From the NCBI RefSeq assembly GCF_963921235.1, contig NC_086108.1:117554001-117618000 (forward strand): a stretch of DNA of 64,000 bases, read 5' to 3'. The stretch is from Mobula hypostoma. Its lineage: Eukaryota. The first letter of the stretch is position 1; each line of letters starts with the position of its first letter. Positions 25,014 through 37,334 of the stretch are shown here, piece after piece. The notes beneath the pieces are model-generated. The model had not been told where the DNA came from. It searched no databases and was given only the letters and a program-made list of their open reading frames with translations. Made by a program: the position numbers and the translations under genes.

Positions 25014-28000
25014 GCAGGACCTCGAGGGTGGTAATCTCAGGATTGCTACCTGCGCTACGTGCCAGTGAGGGTAGGAATAGGATGCTCTGGAGGATGAACA
25101 AGTGGCTGAGGAACTGGTGTAGGGGGCAGGGTTTCAGATTTCAGGATCATTGAGACCTCTTCTGGGGCAGGTGGGACCTGTATAAGAGAGATGGGTTACA
25201 CTTGAACTACAGGGGGACCAATATCCTTTCAGGGAGGTTTGTTAGTGCTATTGGGGAGGCTTTAAACTAGATTTGCAGGGGGATGGGAACCAGAGTGCCA
25301 GAGCTGACAGTGTGGCTGGGGTGAAAATAAATGATGTTAAAAGTTCAAGCAAACCGCAAATAGAAAGGTTGTGAGTGGTGGTAAAAATCTTCTGAGGTGT
25401 ATATATTTCAATGCTAGGAGTATTGTGGGGAAGGTGGATGAGTTGAGGGCGTGGATTGACACGTGGAATTAACGTTATAGCAATTAGTGAAACTTGGCTA
25501 CAGGAGGGGCAGGACTGGCAGCTTAATATTCCAGGGTTCCGATGTTTCAGATGTGATCGAGGCAGAGGAATGAAAGATGAGGGGGTAGCATTGCTTGTTA
25601 GGGAAAATGTTACAGCAGTGCTCAGGCAGGACAGATTAGAGGGCTTGTCTACTGAGTCTTTATGGGTGGAGCTGAGAAACAGGAAAGGTATGGCCACATC
25701 AGTGGGGTTGTATTATAGACCACCCAATAGTCAGTGAAAATTGAAGGAGCAAATCTGCAGAGAGATAGCAGGCAACTGCAGGAAACAAAGTTGTGCTGGT
25801 AGGGGATTTTAATTTTCCAGATATTGATTAGGACTCCCATACTGTTAAGGGTCTATCTGGGTTAGAGTGTGTAAAATGTGTTCAGGAAAGTTTCCTAAAT
25901 CAATATATAGAGGTTCCAACTAGAGAGGATGAAATATTAGTTCTCCTATTAGGAAACGAATTAGGACAGGTGACGGCAGTGTGTGTAGGGGAACACTTTG
26001 GTTCCAGTGATCATAGCACCATTAGTTTCAACTTGATCATGGATAAAAATAGATCTGGTCCTAGGGTTGAGGTTCTAAACTGGAAGAAGGCCAAAGGATT
26101 AAAGGCAAAGTGAATAGGAATAAGGAACCTTGGTTCTCAAGGGATATTGCAACTCTGATAAAGAAGAAGAGAGAGTTGTATGACATATATAGGAAACGGA
26201 GTAAATAAGGTGCTTGAGGAGCATTAAAAAGTGCAAGAAAAAAACTTAAGAAGGATATCAGGAGGGCTAAAAGAAGATATGAGGTTGCCTTGGCAGTCAA
26301 AGTGAAGGATAATCCAAAGAGCTTTTACAGGTATATTAAAAGTAAAAGGATTGTAAGGGATAAAATTGGTCCTCTTGAAGATCAGAGTGGTCGGCTATGT
26401 GCGGAACCAAAAGAAATGGGGGAGATCTTAAATGGTTTTTTTGCATCTGTATTTACTAAGGAAACTGGCATGAAGTCTATGGAATTAAGGGAAACAAGTG
26501 GTGAGATCATGGAAACTGTACAGATTGAAAAGGAGGAGGTGCTTGCTATCTTGAGGCAAATTAAAGTGGATAAATCCCCAGGACCTGACAGGGTATTCCC
26601 TCGGACATTGAAGGAGACTAGTGTTGAAATTTCAGGGGCGCTGGCAGATATTTTTAAAATGTCAGTGTCTATGGGTGAGGTGCCAGAGGATTGGAGAATG
26701 GCTCATGTTGTTCTGTTGCTTAAAAAAGGATCGAAAAGTAATCCAGGAAATTATAGGCTGGTAAATTTGATGTCAGTAGTGGGTAAGTTATTGGAGGGAA
26801 TACTGAGACAGAATCTACAAGCATTTGGATAGACTGGAACTTATTAGAGTAGAGTCAACATGGCTTTGCGTGTGGTAGGTCATGCTTGACCAATCTATTG
26901 GAGTTTTTCGAGGACGTTACCTGGAATGTGGATGAAGGGAAGGCAGTGGATGTTGTCTACATGGATTTCAGTCAGGCCTTTAACAAGGTCCTGCATGGGA
27001 GGTTAGTTAGGAAAATTCAGTCGCTAGGAATACATGGAGAGGTGGTAAATTGGATTAGACATTGGCACAATGGAAGAAGCCAGCGAGTGGTAGTAGAGAA
27101 TTGCTTCTCAGAGTGGAGGCCTGTGACTAGTGGTGTGCCACAGGGATCAGTGCTGGCTCCATTGTTATTTGTCATCTATATCAATGATCTGGATGATAAT
27201 GTGGTAAATTGGATCAGCAAATTTGCTGATGAATCAAAGATTGGAGGTGTAGTGGACAGTGAGGAAGATTTTCAAAGCTTGTAGAGGGATTTGGACCAGC
27301 TGGAAAAATGGACTGAAAAATGGCAGATGGAGTTTAATACTGACAAGTGTGAGGCATTGCACTTTGGAAGGACAAACCAAGGTAGAACATACAGGGTAAA
27401 TGGTAAGACACTGAGGAGTGAAGTAGAACAGAGGGATCTGGGAATACAGATACAAAATTCCTTAAAAGTGGCGTCACAGGTAGATAGGGTCGTAAAGAGA
27501 GCTTTTGGTACATTGGCCTTTATTAATCAAAGTATTGAGTATAAGAGCTGGAATGTTATGGTGAGGTTGTATAAGGCATTGGTGAGGCCAAATCTCGAGT
27601 ATTGTTTAGTTTTGTTCACCAAATTACAGGAAGGATATTAATAAGGTTGAAAGAGTGCAGAGAAGGTTTACAAGGATGTTGCTGGGACTTGAGAAACTCA
27701 GTTACAAGGAAAGGTTGAATAAGTTAGGACTTTATTCCCTGGAGCATAGAAGAATGAGGGGAGATTTGATAGAGGTATATAAAATTAAGATGGGTATAGA
27801 TAGAGTGAATGCAAGCAGGCTTTTTCCACTGAGGCAAGTGGAGAAAAAAACCAGAGGACATGGGTTAAGGGTGAGGGGGGGAAAGTTTAAAGGGAACATT
27901 AGGGGGGGCTTCTTCACACAGAGAGTGGTGGGAGTATGGAATGAGCTGCCAGACGAGGTGGTAAATGCGGGTTCTTTTTTAACATTTAAGAATAAATTGG

Positions 28001-28135
28001 ACAGATACATGGATGGGAGGTGTATGGAAGGATATGGTCCGTGTGCAGGTCAGTGGGACTAGGCAGAAAATGGTTCGGCACAGCCAAGAAGAACCAAAAG
28101 GCCTGTTTCTGTGCTGCAGTTTTTCTGTGGTTTGT
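25014..28135 (+). mobile_element. CR1 LINE (end of ORF1 esterase region plus decayed ORF2) nested in Gypsy gag
   Basis: ORFs 25456..25737, 26290..26832, 26886..27284, 27291..27641, 27655..28062; imperfect TSD AATAGTTGACAA (25002-25013) / AATATTTGGCAA (28136-28147). Confidence 0.9.
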
Positions 28136-28693
28136 AATATTTGGCAACACTGCATGAGCCCTGGTGGAGAGTGAGTAAACGCTTCGCGGCATCATTACCC
28201 TGGATGAGGTGGTCAAAGATCTTTCTCATTTCTGCGATGAAGGTGGCGAAGGAAGAGTAGATATCTGGTTGGTTATTTTAAACAGCTGTGGCCCACGCTA
28301 ATGCACTTCCCTGCAACATCCCCATGATTTAAGCAATCTTTGACTTATCTGTGGAGTACGTGGATGACTGCTGTTCGAACACCAAGGAGCACTGAAGAAG
28401 GAAGGCCCGGCACTTCCCCAAATCTCCAGCCTAATGCTCCGGTTCAGGTACGTGAGGCTCTCTTGGCAGGGGTGTTGCCACTGCAGGCTTGTGGGCTGGC
28501 TAGACATGGTTCCAGGAGTGGGTTGAGTAAAATGAGTGGCAACACGGTCCACCTGGTCACCGATCTGTGTGACGTGAGCAGACAGGGAATGGAGGTTCTC
28601 CATGACCTCCCGAACGAGTTGGTCGTGCTGTCCCAGTAGGAAACCCTGGCTGGCGAGGGCTTGTTGAAGGCTAATCATGTCTGCTGGGTCCAT
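28136..28693 (-). pseudogene. Gypsy gag N-terminal part (continues at 24890-25013 and below 24213)
   Basis: ATG at 28693 gives MDPADMISLQQALASQG; QGSCSVA joins NYSMEFQTLAADSGWSDQAL across the CR1 insertion. Confidence 0.85.
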
Positions 28694-28709
28694 GGTGGCC
28701 AGATCATTC

Positions 28710-29216
28710 TGTTGCAACGAACCCAAATGCAGGACACAGGCACGGAGATTGAGTTAGGATGCAGATGCGGGCGTGAGCGCTGAACGGCGATCAGGAGGGA
28801 GTGCAGGAAAGCAGGAGGCTGACAGACTTATCTTGTCGTGTAGTGTAGAAAGGAAAGCGGCAGACAAAACTTTTCTTAGCACGGAGAGACGAAGTTACAC
28901 AGGTAAATCTTGGTGCTGAAGTAAAACTTAGAATACTTGACACGGAGAGACTGAGTTTCACAGATAAATCTTGGTATTGAAGCAAAACGTAGAACACAAT
29001 CCTAAGCAGTCGGGAAATGTTAATAACACTGGCAAAACCAATGATCTGGCAATTAGTGGGTGCAAAGCCGGGGTTCTTATACTGCAGGTCTTGATGAAAA
29101 CCAGGTGTGCCACCATCAAAGGAAATTTGGATGAAATGGGGACTTAACGATTGGAACCATGGCACAATCAAAGGGAATTTGGAGAAAATGGGGATATAAT
29201 GGTCAAGACAGTGACA
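28710..29216 (-). repeat. 5' LTR of the Gypsy element
   Basis: TGTTG...GTGACA on +; TATA-like TATAAGAA on minus at 29081-29074. Confidence 0.9.
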
Positions 29217-31140
29217 CCATTGGAGATTGTTCAGTATGGCGTTGTGGGCATCACTGAGTCACAGCTGAAAGAAAGTCATAGTTGGGAGCTTAACATCAAA
29301 GAATATACCTTGTATCTAAAGGACAGGCAGGAAGGCACAGGTGGTGGTGTGGCTCTGTTGGTAAAAGATGGAATTTAGAAGGAGTGACATAAGGTCGGAG
29401 AAAATTGAATCCTTGTGGGTGGAGTTAAGAAACTGCAAAGGTTTAAAAAAAAACATTATGGGAATCATATGCAGGCCTCCAAATAGTAGCCACAATGTGG
29501 GGTTGAGATTGCAAAGGGAGCTGGAAAAGGCATGTAATAAGGGTAATGACACAATTGTAATGGGGGACTTCAATATGCAAGGGGATTGGGAAAATCAGGG
29601 TATCAGATTACAAGAGAGGGAACTTGTACAATGCCTATGAGATGGCTTTTTATATCATCTTGTACTTGAGCTTACAAGGGAAAAGGCTACCTTATATTGG
29701 GTGCTGTGTAATAACCCAGATTTGATTAGACAACTTAATGTAAAGGAACCCTGAGGAGGATGTAATCATAATATGATTGAATTCATACTGCAATTTGAGA
29801 AGGAGGAGCATAAGTCACATGTATCAGTATCGCAATTGAATAAAGGGAATTACAGAGGCATGAGAGAGGAGCTTGTCCAGGTGGTTTGGAGAGGGATATT
29901 GGTGGGGATGACGGCAGAACAGAGATGTCTGAAGTTTCTGGGAATAGTCCACAAGACGCAGGATGGATATGCCCCACTGAAAAAGAAGTTCTCAAATGAC
30001 AGGGCAAGGCAACCATTGCTGACAAGGGAAGTTAAGGACTGTATAAAAGCCAAGGAAAATGCATATAAGGTAGAAAAGTAGGATGATTGGGAAGGTTCTA
30101 AAATCCTACAAAAAACAACTTTTTAAAAAAAAGCTATAAGAGGGGAGAAAGTGAAATATGAGGGCAAACTAGCTGATAATATAAAGCAGGATGCTAAATG
30201 TTTTTTCAATTATACAAAGAATGAAAGAGTTGATATCTGACCACTGGAAAAAACTGCTGGTAAGGTAGTCATGGGGGACAAACAAATGGCACATGAACTT
30301 AAGTATTGTTTCAATCTTTACAGTAGAAGACACTAGCAGTGTGCCAGGGAACAGGAGTGAGTGTCATTGCTATTGCAAAGGGAAAAGTGCTCGACAAACT
30401 CTAAGGTCCTAGGGTGGATAAGTCACCTGGGCCAGATGGACTACATCCCAGAGTCTTGAGAGAAGAGATAAGGGATGCATTGACCATAACCTTTCAAGAA
30501 TCACTTGATTCTAGCATGGTCCCAAAGAGCTGGAAAATTGCAAATGTCATTACATTCTTTAAGAAAGGAGGAAGGCAAAAGAAAGGAAATTATAGACCTG
30601 TTAGCCTAACCTCAGTGGTTGGGAAAGTGTGAGAGTCTATTATTAAGGATGAGGTTCCGAGGTACTTGGAGACTAATGATAAAATAAGTCAAAGTCAGCA
30701 TGGTTTCTGTAAAGGGAAATCTTGCCTGAGGTAAAGAAGGCAAATACAATGTTGACATTTATTTCAATGGGAATAGAATATAAAAACAAGGAGATAATGC
30801 TGAGGCTTTATAAGGCAGTAGTCAAGCTGCACTTGGAATATTGTCAATAGTTTTGGGAGACAGATCTCAGAAAGAGTGTGTTGTCGTTGGAGAGAGATCA
30901 GAGGAGGTTCACAAGGATGATTCAGGGAATGAAGGGGTTGACATATGAAGAGCATTTGGCAACTTTGGGCATGTACTCACTGGAATTCAGAAGAGTATGT
31001 GGGGATCTCATTGAAACCAACAACATTTTGATAGGACTAGATATGGTGGATGTGGAGAGGATGCTTCCTACACTGGGGGTATCCAGATCTAGAGGGCACA
31101 GCCTCAAAATTCAGGGGCAACTCTTTAGAACAGAGCTAAG
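29217..31140 (+). mobile_element. Decayed CR1 ORF2 (continuation of 14600-14719), internally deleted
   Basis: ESLWVELRN, MGDFN, DKSPGPDGLHPRVL, NYRPVSLTSVVGK, RRFTRMI fragments with stops. Confidence 0.85.
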
Positions 31141-31144
31141 AAGG

Positions 31145-33580
31145 GATGTTTCAGAAAGGACAGGGAGGGAGGCAAAAGAGGTGGAGGTGTGGCACTGTTG
31201 ATCAGAGGTAGTGTTGCGGCTGCAGAAAAGGAGGAAGTCATAGAGGGATTGTCTACAGAGTCTCTGTGGGTGGAGTTTAGGAACAGGAAGGTGTCAATAA
31301 CTTTACTGGGTGTTTTTCATAGACCACCCAATAGTAACAGGGACATTGAGGAGCAGATAGGGAGACAGATTCTGGAAAGGTGTAATAACAACAGTTGTTG
31401 TGGTGGAGATTTTAATTTCCCAAATGTAGATTGCCACGTTCCTAGAGGAAGGGGTTTAGATGCGGTGGAGTTTGTTAGGTGTGTTCAGGGAGGTTTCTTG
31501 ATACAATATGTAGATAATCCTGCAAGAGGAGAAACTATACTTGATCTGGTACGGTATTGGGAAATTAACCTAGTCAGGTGACAGATCTCTCAGTGGGAGA
31601 GCGTTTTGGAGATGGTGATCACAATCCTATCTCATTTACCATTGCTTTGGAGAGGGATAGGAACAGTCAAATTAGGAAAGCGTTTAATTGGAGTAAAGGG
31701 AAATATGAGGCTATCAGGCAGGAACTTGGAAGCATAAATTGGAAACAGATGTTCTCAGAGAAACATACAGAAGAAATGTGGCAAATGTTCAGGGGATATT
31801 TGCATGGCATTCTGCATGGGTACATTCCAATGAGACAGGGAAAGGATGGTAGGGTACAGGAACTGTGGTGTACAAAGGCTGTTGTAAATCTAGTCAAGAA
31901 GAAAAGAGTTTATGAAAGGTTCAAAAAAACTAGGTAATGATAGAGATCTAGAAGGTTATAAGGCTAGCAGGAAGGAGCTTGAAAATAAAATTAGGAGAGC
32001 CGGAAGGGGCCATGGGAAGGCCTTGGTGGACAGGATTAAGCAAAACCCCAAGGCATTCTACAAGTATGTGAAGAGCAAGAGGATAAGATGTGAGAAAATA
32101 GGACCAATCAAGTGTGACAGTATATAAGTGTGCATGGAACAGGAGGAGATAGCAGAGGTCCTTAATACTTTACCAGTATTCACTACGGAAAAGGATCTTG
32201 GTGATTGTAGGGATGACTTACAGTGGAGTGAAAAGCTTGAGCATATAGACGTTAAGAAAGAGGATGTGCTGGAGATTTTGGAAAGCATCAAGTTGGATAA
32301 GTCACTGGGACCAGACAAGATGTACCCCAGGCTACAATGGGAGGTGTGGGAGGAGTTTGTTGAGCCTCTGGCGATGATCTTTGCATCATCAATGGGGATG
32401 GGAGAGGTTCTGGAGGATTGGAGGGTTGCGGATATTTTTCCCTTATTCAAAAAAGGGGGTAGAGATAGCCCAGGAAATTATAGACCAGTGAGTCTTACTT
32501 CAGTGGTTGGTGAGTTGATGGAGAAGATCCAGAGAGGCAGGATTTATGAACATTTGGAGAGGCACAATATGATTAGGAATAGTCAGCATGGCTTTGTCAA
32601 AGTCAAGTCATGCCTTATGAGCTTGATTGAATTTTTTGAGAATGTGACTAAACACATTGAAGGTAGAACAGTAGATGTAGTGTATATGGATTTCAGCAAG
32701 GTATTTGATAAGGTACCCCATGCAAGGCTTATTGAGAAAGTAAGGAGGTATGGGATCCAAGGGGACATTGCTTTGTGGATCCAGAACTGGCTTGCCCACT
32801 GAAGGCAAAGAGTGGTTGCAGACAGGTCATATTCTGCATGAAGATTGGTGACCAGTGGTGTGCCTCAGGGATCTTTTCTGGGACTGCTACTCTTCATGAT
32901 TTTTATAAGTGACCTGAATGAGGAAGTGGAGTGATGTGTTTGTAAATTTGCTGATGAAACAAAGGTTGGGGTGTGGTGGACAGTGTGGAGGGCTGTCAGA
33001 GGTTACAGTGGGATGTTGGTAGGATGTAAAACTGGGCTGAGATATGGCAGATGGAGTTCAACCCAGATAAGTATGAGGTGGTTCATATTGGTAGGTCAAA
33101 TATGATGGCAGAATATAGTATTAATTGTAAGGCTCTTGGCAGTGTGGAGGATCAGAGGGATCTTGGGGTCCAAGTCCATAGGACACTCAAAGCAGCTGTG
33201 CAGATTGACTGTGGTTAATTAGCCTTCATCAATCATTGGATTGTTTTTAGGAACCGAGGGGTAATGTTGCAGCTATATAGGACCCTGGTCAGACTCCATT
33301 TGGAGTACTGTGCCCAGTTTAGTTGCCTCACTACAGGAAGGATGTAGAAGTCGTAAAAGTCATAGAAAGGGTGCAGAGGATATTTACAAGGATGTTGCCT
33401 GGATTGGGGATCATGCCTTATACGAGAACAGGTTGAGTGAACGCGGCCTTTTCTCCTTGGAGTGATGGAGGATGAGAGGTGACCTGATAGAGATATAAGA
33501 TGATGAGAGGCATTGATCGTGTGGATAGTCAGAGGCAATTGCCAAAGGAAGTGGTTGAGGCAGAATTTAAAGGACATTTT
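31145..33580 (+). mobile_element. Decayed CR1 LINE ORF2
   Basis: ORFs 31189..31581, 31578..31937, 32128..32802 with CR1 endonuclease and RT motifs. Confidence 0.88.
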
Positions 33581-33936
33581 AAAGTTGCAAGTGAGAGAGT
33601 GACATCTTGCAGGGCGGGAGACATTTGAAACCTGCAAGTCTCATTGGGAGTGAGTCATTGTTTAAGCCAATAAAAAGAAAGGAGATGTAAGTGGAGTGGG
33701 ACAGTGTTGAAGTGGTCTGCTTTTGGCACAACAGGCTTGGGCAAACAGGCTTGGCCTCTAAGTGTGCAACAAGGTTTTTTTCCTCTGCTGGTACATAACT
33801 AGTGCAGTGAAAATGAGTCCAGAGTTAGTGGGACGTTCCTTGTGTGAGATGTGGAAACTTTGGGAAACCTCCAGACTTCCTGATAGCTACATCTGCATGA
33901 AATGCACTGAGCTGTAACTCCTTAGAGATCATGTTT

Positions 33937-34965
33937 GACAATAGACAATAGGTGCAGAAGTAGACCATTCGGCCCTTTGAGCCTGCACCACCATTCTGAG
34001 ATCATGGCTGATCATCTACTATCAATACCCAGTTCCTGCCTTGTCCCCGTAACCCTTGATTCCCCTATCCATAAGATACCTATCTAGCTCCTTCTTGAAA
34101 GCATCCAGAGAATTGGCCTCCACTGCCTTCTGAGACAGCGTGTTCCACACCTTCACAACTCTCTGGGAGAAGAAGTTTCTCCTCAACTCTGTCCTAAATG
34201 ACCTACTCCTTATTCTTAAACCATGCCCTCTGGTACTGGACTCTCCCAGCATCTGGAACATATTTCCTGCCTCTATCTTGTCCAATCCCTTAATAATCTT
34301 GTGTCTCAATCAGATCCCCCCTCAATCTCCTTAATTCCAGGGTGTACAAGCCCAGTCTCTCTAACCTCTGCGTAAGACAGTCCGGACATCCCAGGAATTA
34401 ACCTAGTGAACCTACGCTGCACCTCCTCCACAGCCAGGATGTCCTTCCTTAACCCTGGAGACCAAAACTGCACATAATACTCCAGATGTGGTCTCACCAG
34501 GGCCCTGTACAAATGCAAAAGGATTTCCTTGCTCTACTCAATTCCCTTTGTAATAAAGGCCAACATTCTATTAGCCTTCTTCACTGCCTGCTGCACTTGC
34601 TCATTCACCTTCAGAGACTGATGAACAAGTACTCCTGGATCTCTTTGTATTTCACCCTTACCTAACTCCATACCATTCAGATAATCTGCCTTCCTGTTCT
34701 TGCTCCCAAAGTGAATAACCTCACACTTATTCATATTAAACGCCATCTGCCAAGTTTCTGCCCACTCACCCAGCCTATCCAAGTCACCTTGAATTCTCCT
34801 AACATCATCACATGTCACACTGCCACCCAGCTTAGTATCATCAGCAAACTTGCTGATGTTATTCACAATGCCTTCTAAATCATTGACGTAAATCGTAAAC
34901 AGCTGTGGTCCCAATACCGAGCCCTGTGGCACCCCACTAGTCACCACCTGCCATTGGGAGAAACA
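33937..34965 (-). mobile_element. CR1 3' fragment (same tail type as 1-708)
   Basis: ORFs 34534..34947, 34306..34518, 34022..34309; GACAATAGACAATAG tail. Confidence 0.88.
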
Positions 34966-35135
34966 CTTATGTGTTTGGGAACCAGAGGTACAGCTCGATG
35001 ACCTTCAGCTCATATGGAAAAATGAGGAGGTGATAGATAGGAGTTACAGGGTGGTAGTCACCCCTAAGTTTCAGGAGGAAGGTACCTGGGTGAGTGTCAG
35101 GAGATGGAAAGGGAACAGGCAGCCCTGTGGCTGTT

Positions 35136-36046
35136 GAATTGAAATGAATTGAATTGACCTTATTTCTTACATCCTTCACACACATGAGTAAAAATCTTTA
35201 CATTATGTCTCCATCTAAATGTGCAATGTGAAAAAATATTCATTTATAATAATTCATAATACATAGAACAATCAATGTAATATAGAGTACACTCATATCA
35301 GCATGAGATCATCAGTCTGATGGCCTGGTGGAAGAAGCTGTCCCGGAGCCTGTTGGTCCTGGCTTTTATGCTGTGGTACTGCTTCCTGGATGGTAGCAGC
35401 TGGAATAGATAGTGTTTGGGATGGCTTGGATCCCCAATGATCCTTCAGGCCCTTTTTACATATCTGTCCTTGGAAATGTCCTGAATCATGGGAAGTTCAC
35501 AAATACAGATGCACTGGGCTGTCCACACCACACTCTGCAGAGTCCTGCGATTAAGGGAGGTACAGTTCCTATACCAGGCAGTAATGCAGCCAGTCAGGAT
35601 GCTCTCAATTGTGCCCCTGTAGAAAGTTCTTAGGATCTGGGGCCCATACCAAACTTCCTCAACTGTCTGGGGTGAAAGAGGCACTGTCGTGCCTTTTTCA
35701 CCACACAGCTGCTGTGTACAAACCACGTGAGGTCCTCAGTGATGTGGATGCCAAGGAACTTGAAGCAGTTTACCCTCTCAACCCCAGAGCCATTTATGTC
35801 AATAGGGGTTAGCCCATCTCCATTCTTCCTGTAATCTACAACCAGCTCCTTTGTTTCTGTGATATTGAGGGAGAGGTTGTTTTCTTGACACCACTGTGTC
35901 AGGTGCCACAGAGGCCACCTTGTTATTGTTTGAGATAAGGCCAATCAATGTAGTGTTGTCAGCAAAATTAATTAGCAGGTTGGAGCTGTGGGTGGTGATA
36001 CAGTCATGGGTATACAGGGATTAAAGGAGGGGACTCAGTACGCAGC
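35136..36046 (-). mobile_element. Rex1/Babar-like LINE 3' fragment
   Basis: WCQENNLSLN, FKFLGIHITEDL, FYRGTIESILTGCITAWY; (GAATT)n tail. Confidence 0.8.
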
Positions 36047-36224
36047 CCTGTTCCAGTCAATAATAAGTATACTGCTTTGGATACTGTCGAGTGGGATGAC
36101 CTACCGGGAAAAAGCTGGAGTGGGCAGCTCTGAATTTGGTTCTGTGGCTCTGTGGGGTGGGGAGATGAGTCGAGTTATAGATATAGGGGATTCATGGTTT
36201 AGAGAAACAGAAAAAAACGAAGTA

Positions 36225-36640
36225 TGTGAACTGTACCTCCCTTAATTACAGGACTCTGCAGAGAGTTGTGCGGATAGCCTAGCACATCTGTATTTGTGAA
36301 CTTCCCATGATTCAGGACATTTATAAGGACAGGTGTGTAAAAAGGGCCAGTAGGATCATTAGGGACCCAAGCCATCCCAACCACAATCTATTCCAGCTGC
36401 TACCATTCAGGCAATGGTACTGCAGCATAAAAGCCAGGACCAACATGCTCCAGGACAGCTGCTTCCACCAGGCCATCAGACTGATTAACTCATCTCATTT
36501 GAGTGTACTCTATATTGCATTGACTGTTCTATTTATTATAAATTATAAATTGCTATGATTGCTTATTGCACATTTATATGGAGATGTAATGTAAAGACTT
36601 TTACTCCTCATGTAATGTAAAGATTTTTACTCCCAAGACT
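36225..36640 (+). mobile_element. Rex1/Babar-like LINE 3' fragment, inverted relative to 35136-36046
   Basis: ORF 36307..36558 (IIRDPSHPNHNLFQLLP). Confidence 0.75.
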
Positions 36641-36775
36641 GAAATTAATCCAATTAGAGAAATCCTATCCATTAGTTGGATGTAGTTTAGCATCTTCTTT
36701 ATGAATGTGGTCAGCCAAATTAGTTATATTTGGGGTTATAATATAGATAGGGTCGGTTGTGCTGTTTCTCAAATT

Positions 36776-37105
36776 ATAGAAACATAGCAAATAGGTGCAG
36801 GAGTAGGCCATTCGGCCCTTCGAGCCTGCACCGCCATTCAGTATGATCATGGCTGATCATCCAACTCAGAACCCTGTACCAGCCTTCCCTCCATACCCCC
36901 TGATCCCTTTAGCCACAAGGGCCATATCTAACTCCCTCTTAAATATAGCCAATGAACTGACCTCAACTGTTTCCTGTGGCAGAGAATTCCACAGATTCAC
37001 CACTCTGTGTGAAGAAGTTTTTCCCTAATCTCGGTCCTAAAAGACTTCCCCTTTATCCTCAAACTGTGACCCCTCGTTCTGGACTTCCCCAACATTGGGA
37101 ACATC
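36776..37105 (-). mobile_element. Short CR1 3' end (same subfamily as 10095-12548)
   Basis: Reverse complement matches ~12225-12548. Confidence 0.85.
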
Positions 37106-37334
37106 ACATTATGTTGATTGTGTTCACATAAATGACTTAATTTGAGATTATAGGAAGGGTGAATGATCATTGTGTAACCAATTTCCCTCTGGATCAATAA
37201 AGTATGACTATGACTATTCGTGTCTCTTGTCAGAATGGTGAACCACAGATATAGTACCTACATCACAATCACCATAATGTTTAATGAAAAGGTAACATAC
37301 TTGTTCCCATTCTCTCACTGATTTAGTTGGAAGT

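Larger units (their letters stand above)
14720..29216 (-). mobile_element. Ty3/Gypsy chromoviral LTR retrotransposon, Tf1/sushi group, decayed, with three nested LINEs
   Basis: Two direct LTRs; gag (MDPAD...), protease (VDSGAEGNF), RT, RNase H, integrase and chromodomain in Gypsy order; GTGAC at both flanks (14715-14719, 29211-29215). Confidence 0.93.
33800..36220 (+). mobile_element. CR1 5' region/ORF1 split by two younger LINE insertions
   Basis: ORF1 zinc-finger remnant (CEMW...YICMKCTEL) at ~33840-33915 resumes at ~34975-35135 and ~36047-36220; homologous to 58510-59150. Confidence 0.65.

Noticed and set aside
20629..28693. Domesticated sushi-derived gene like PEG10/RTL1
   Set aside because: Both LTRs remain and gag/pol are frameshifted and interrupted by LINEs, so it is a dead transposon
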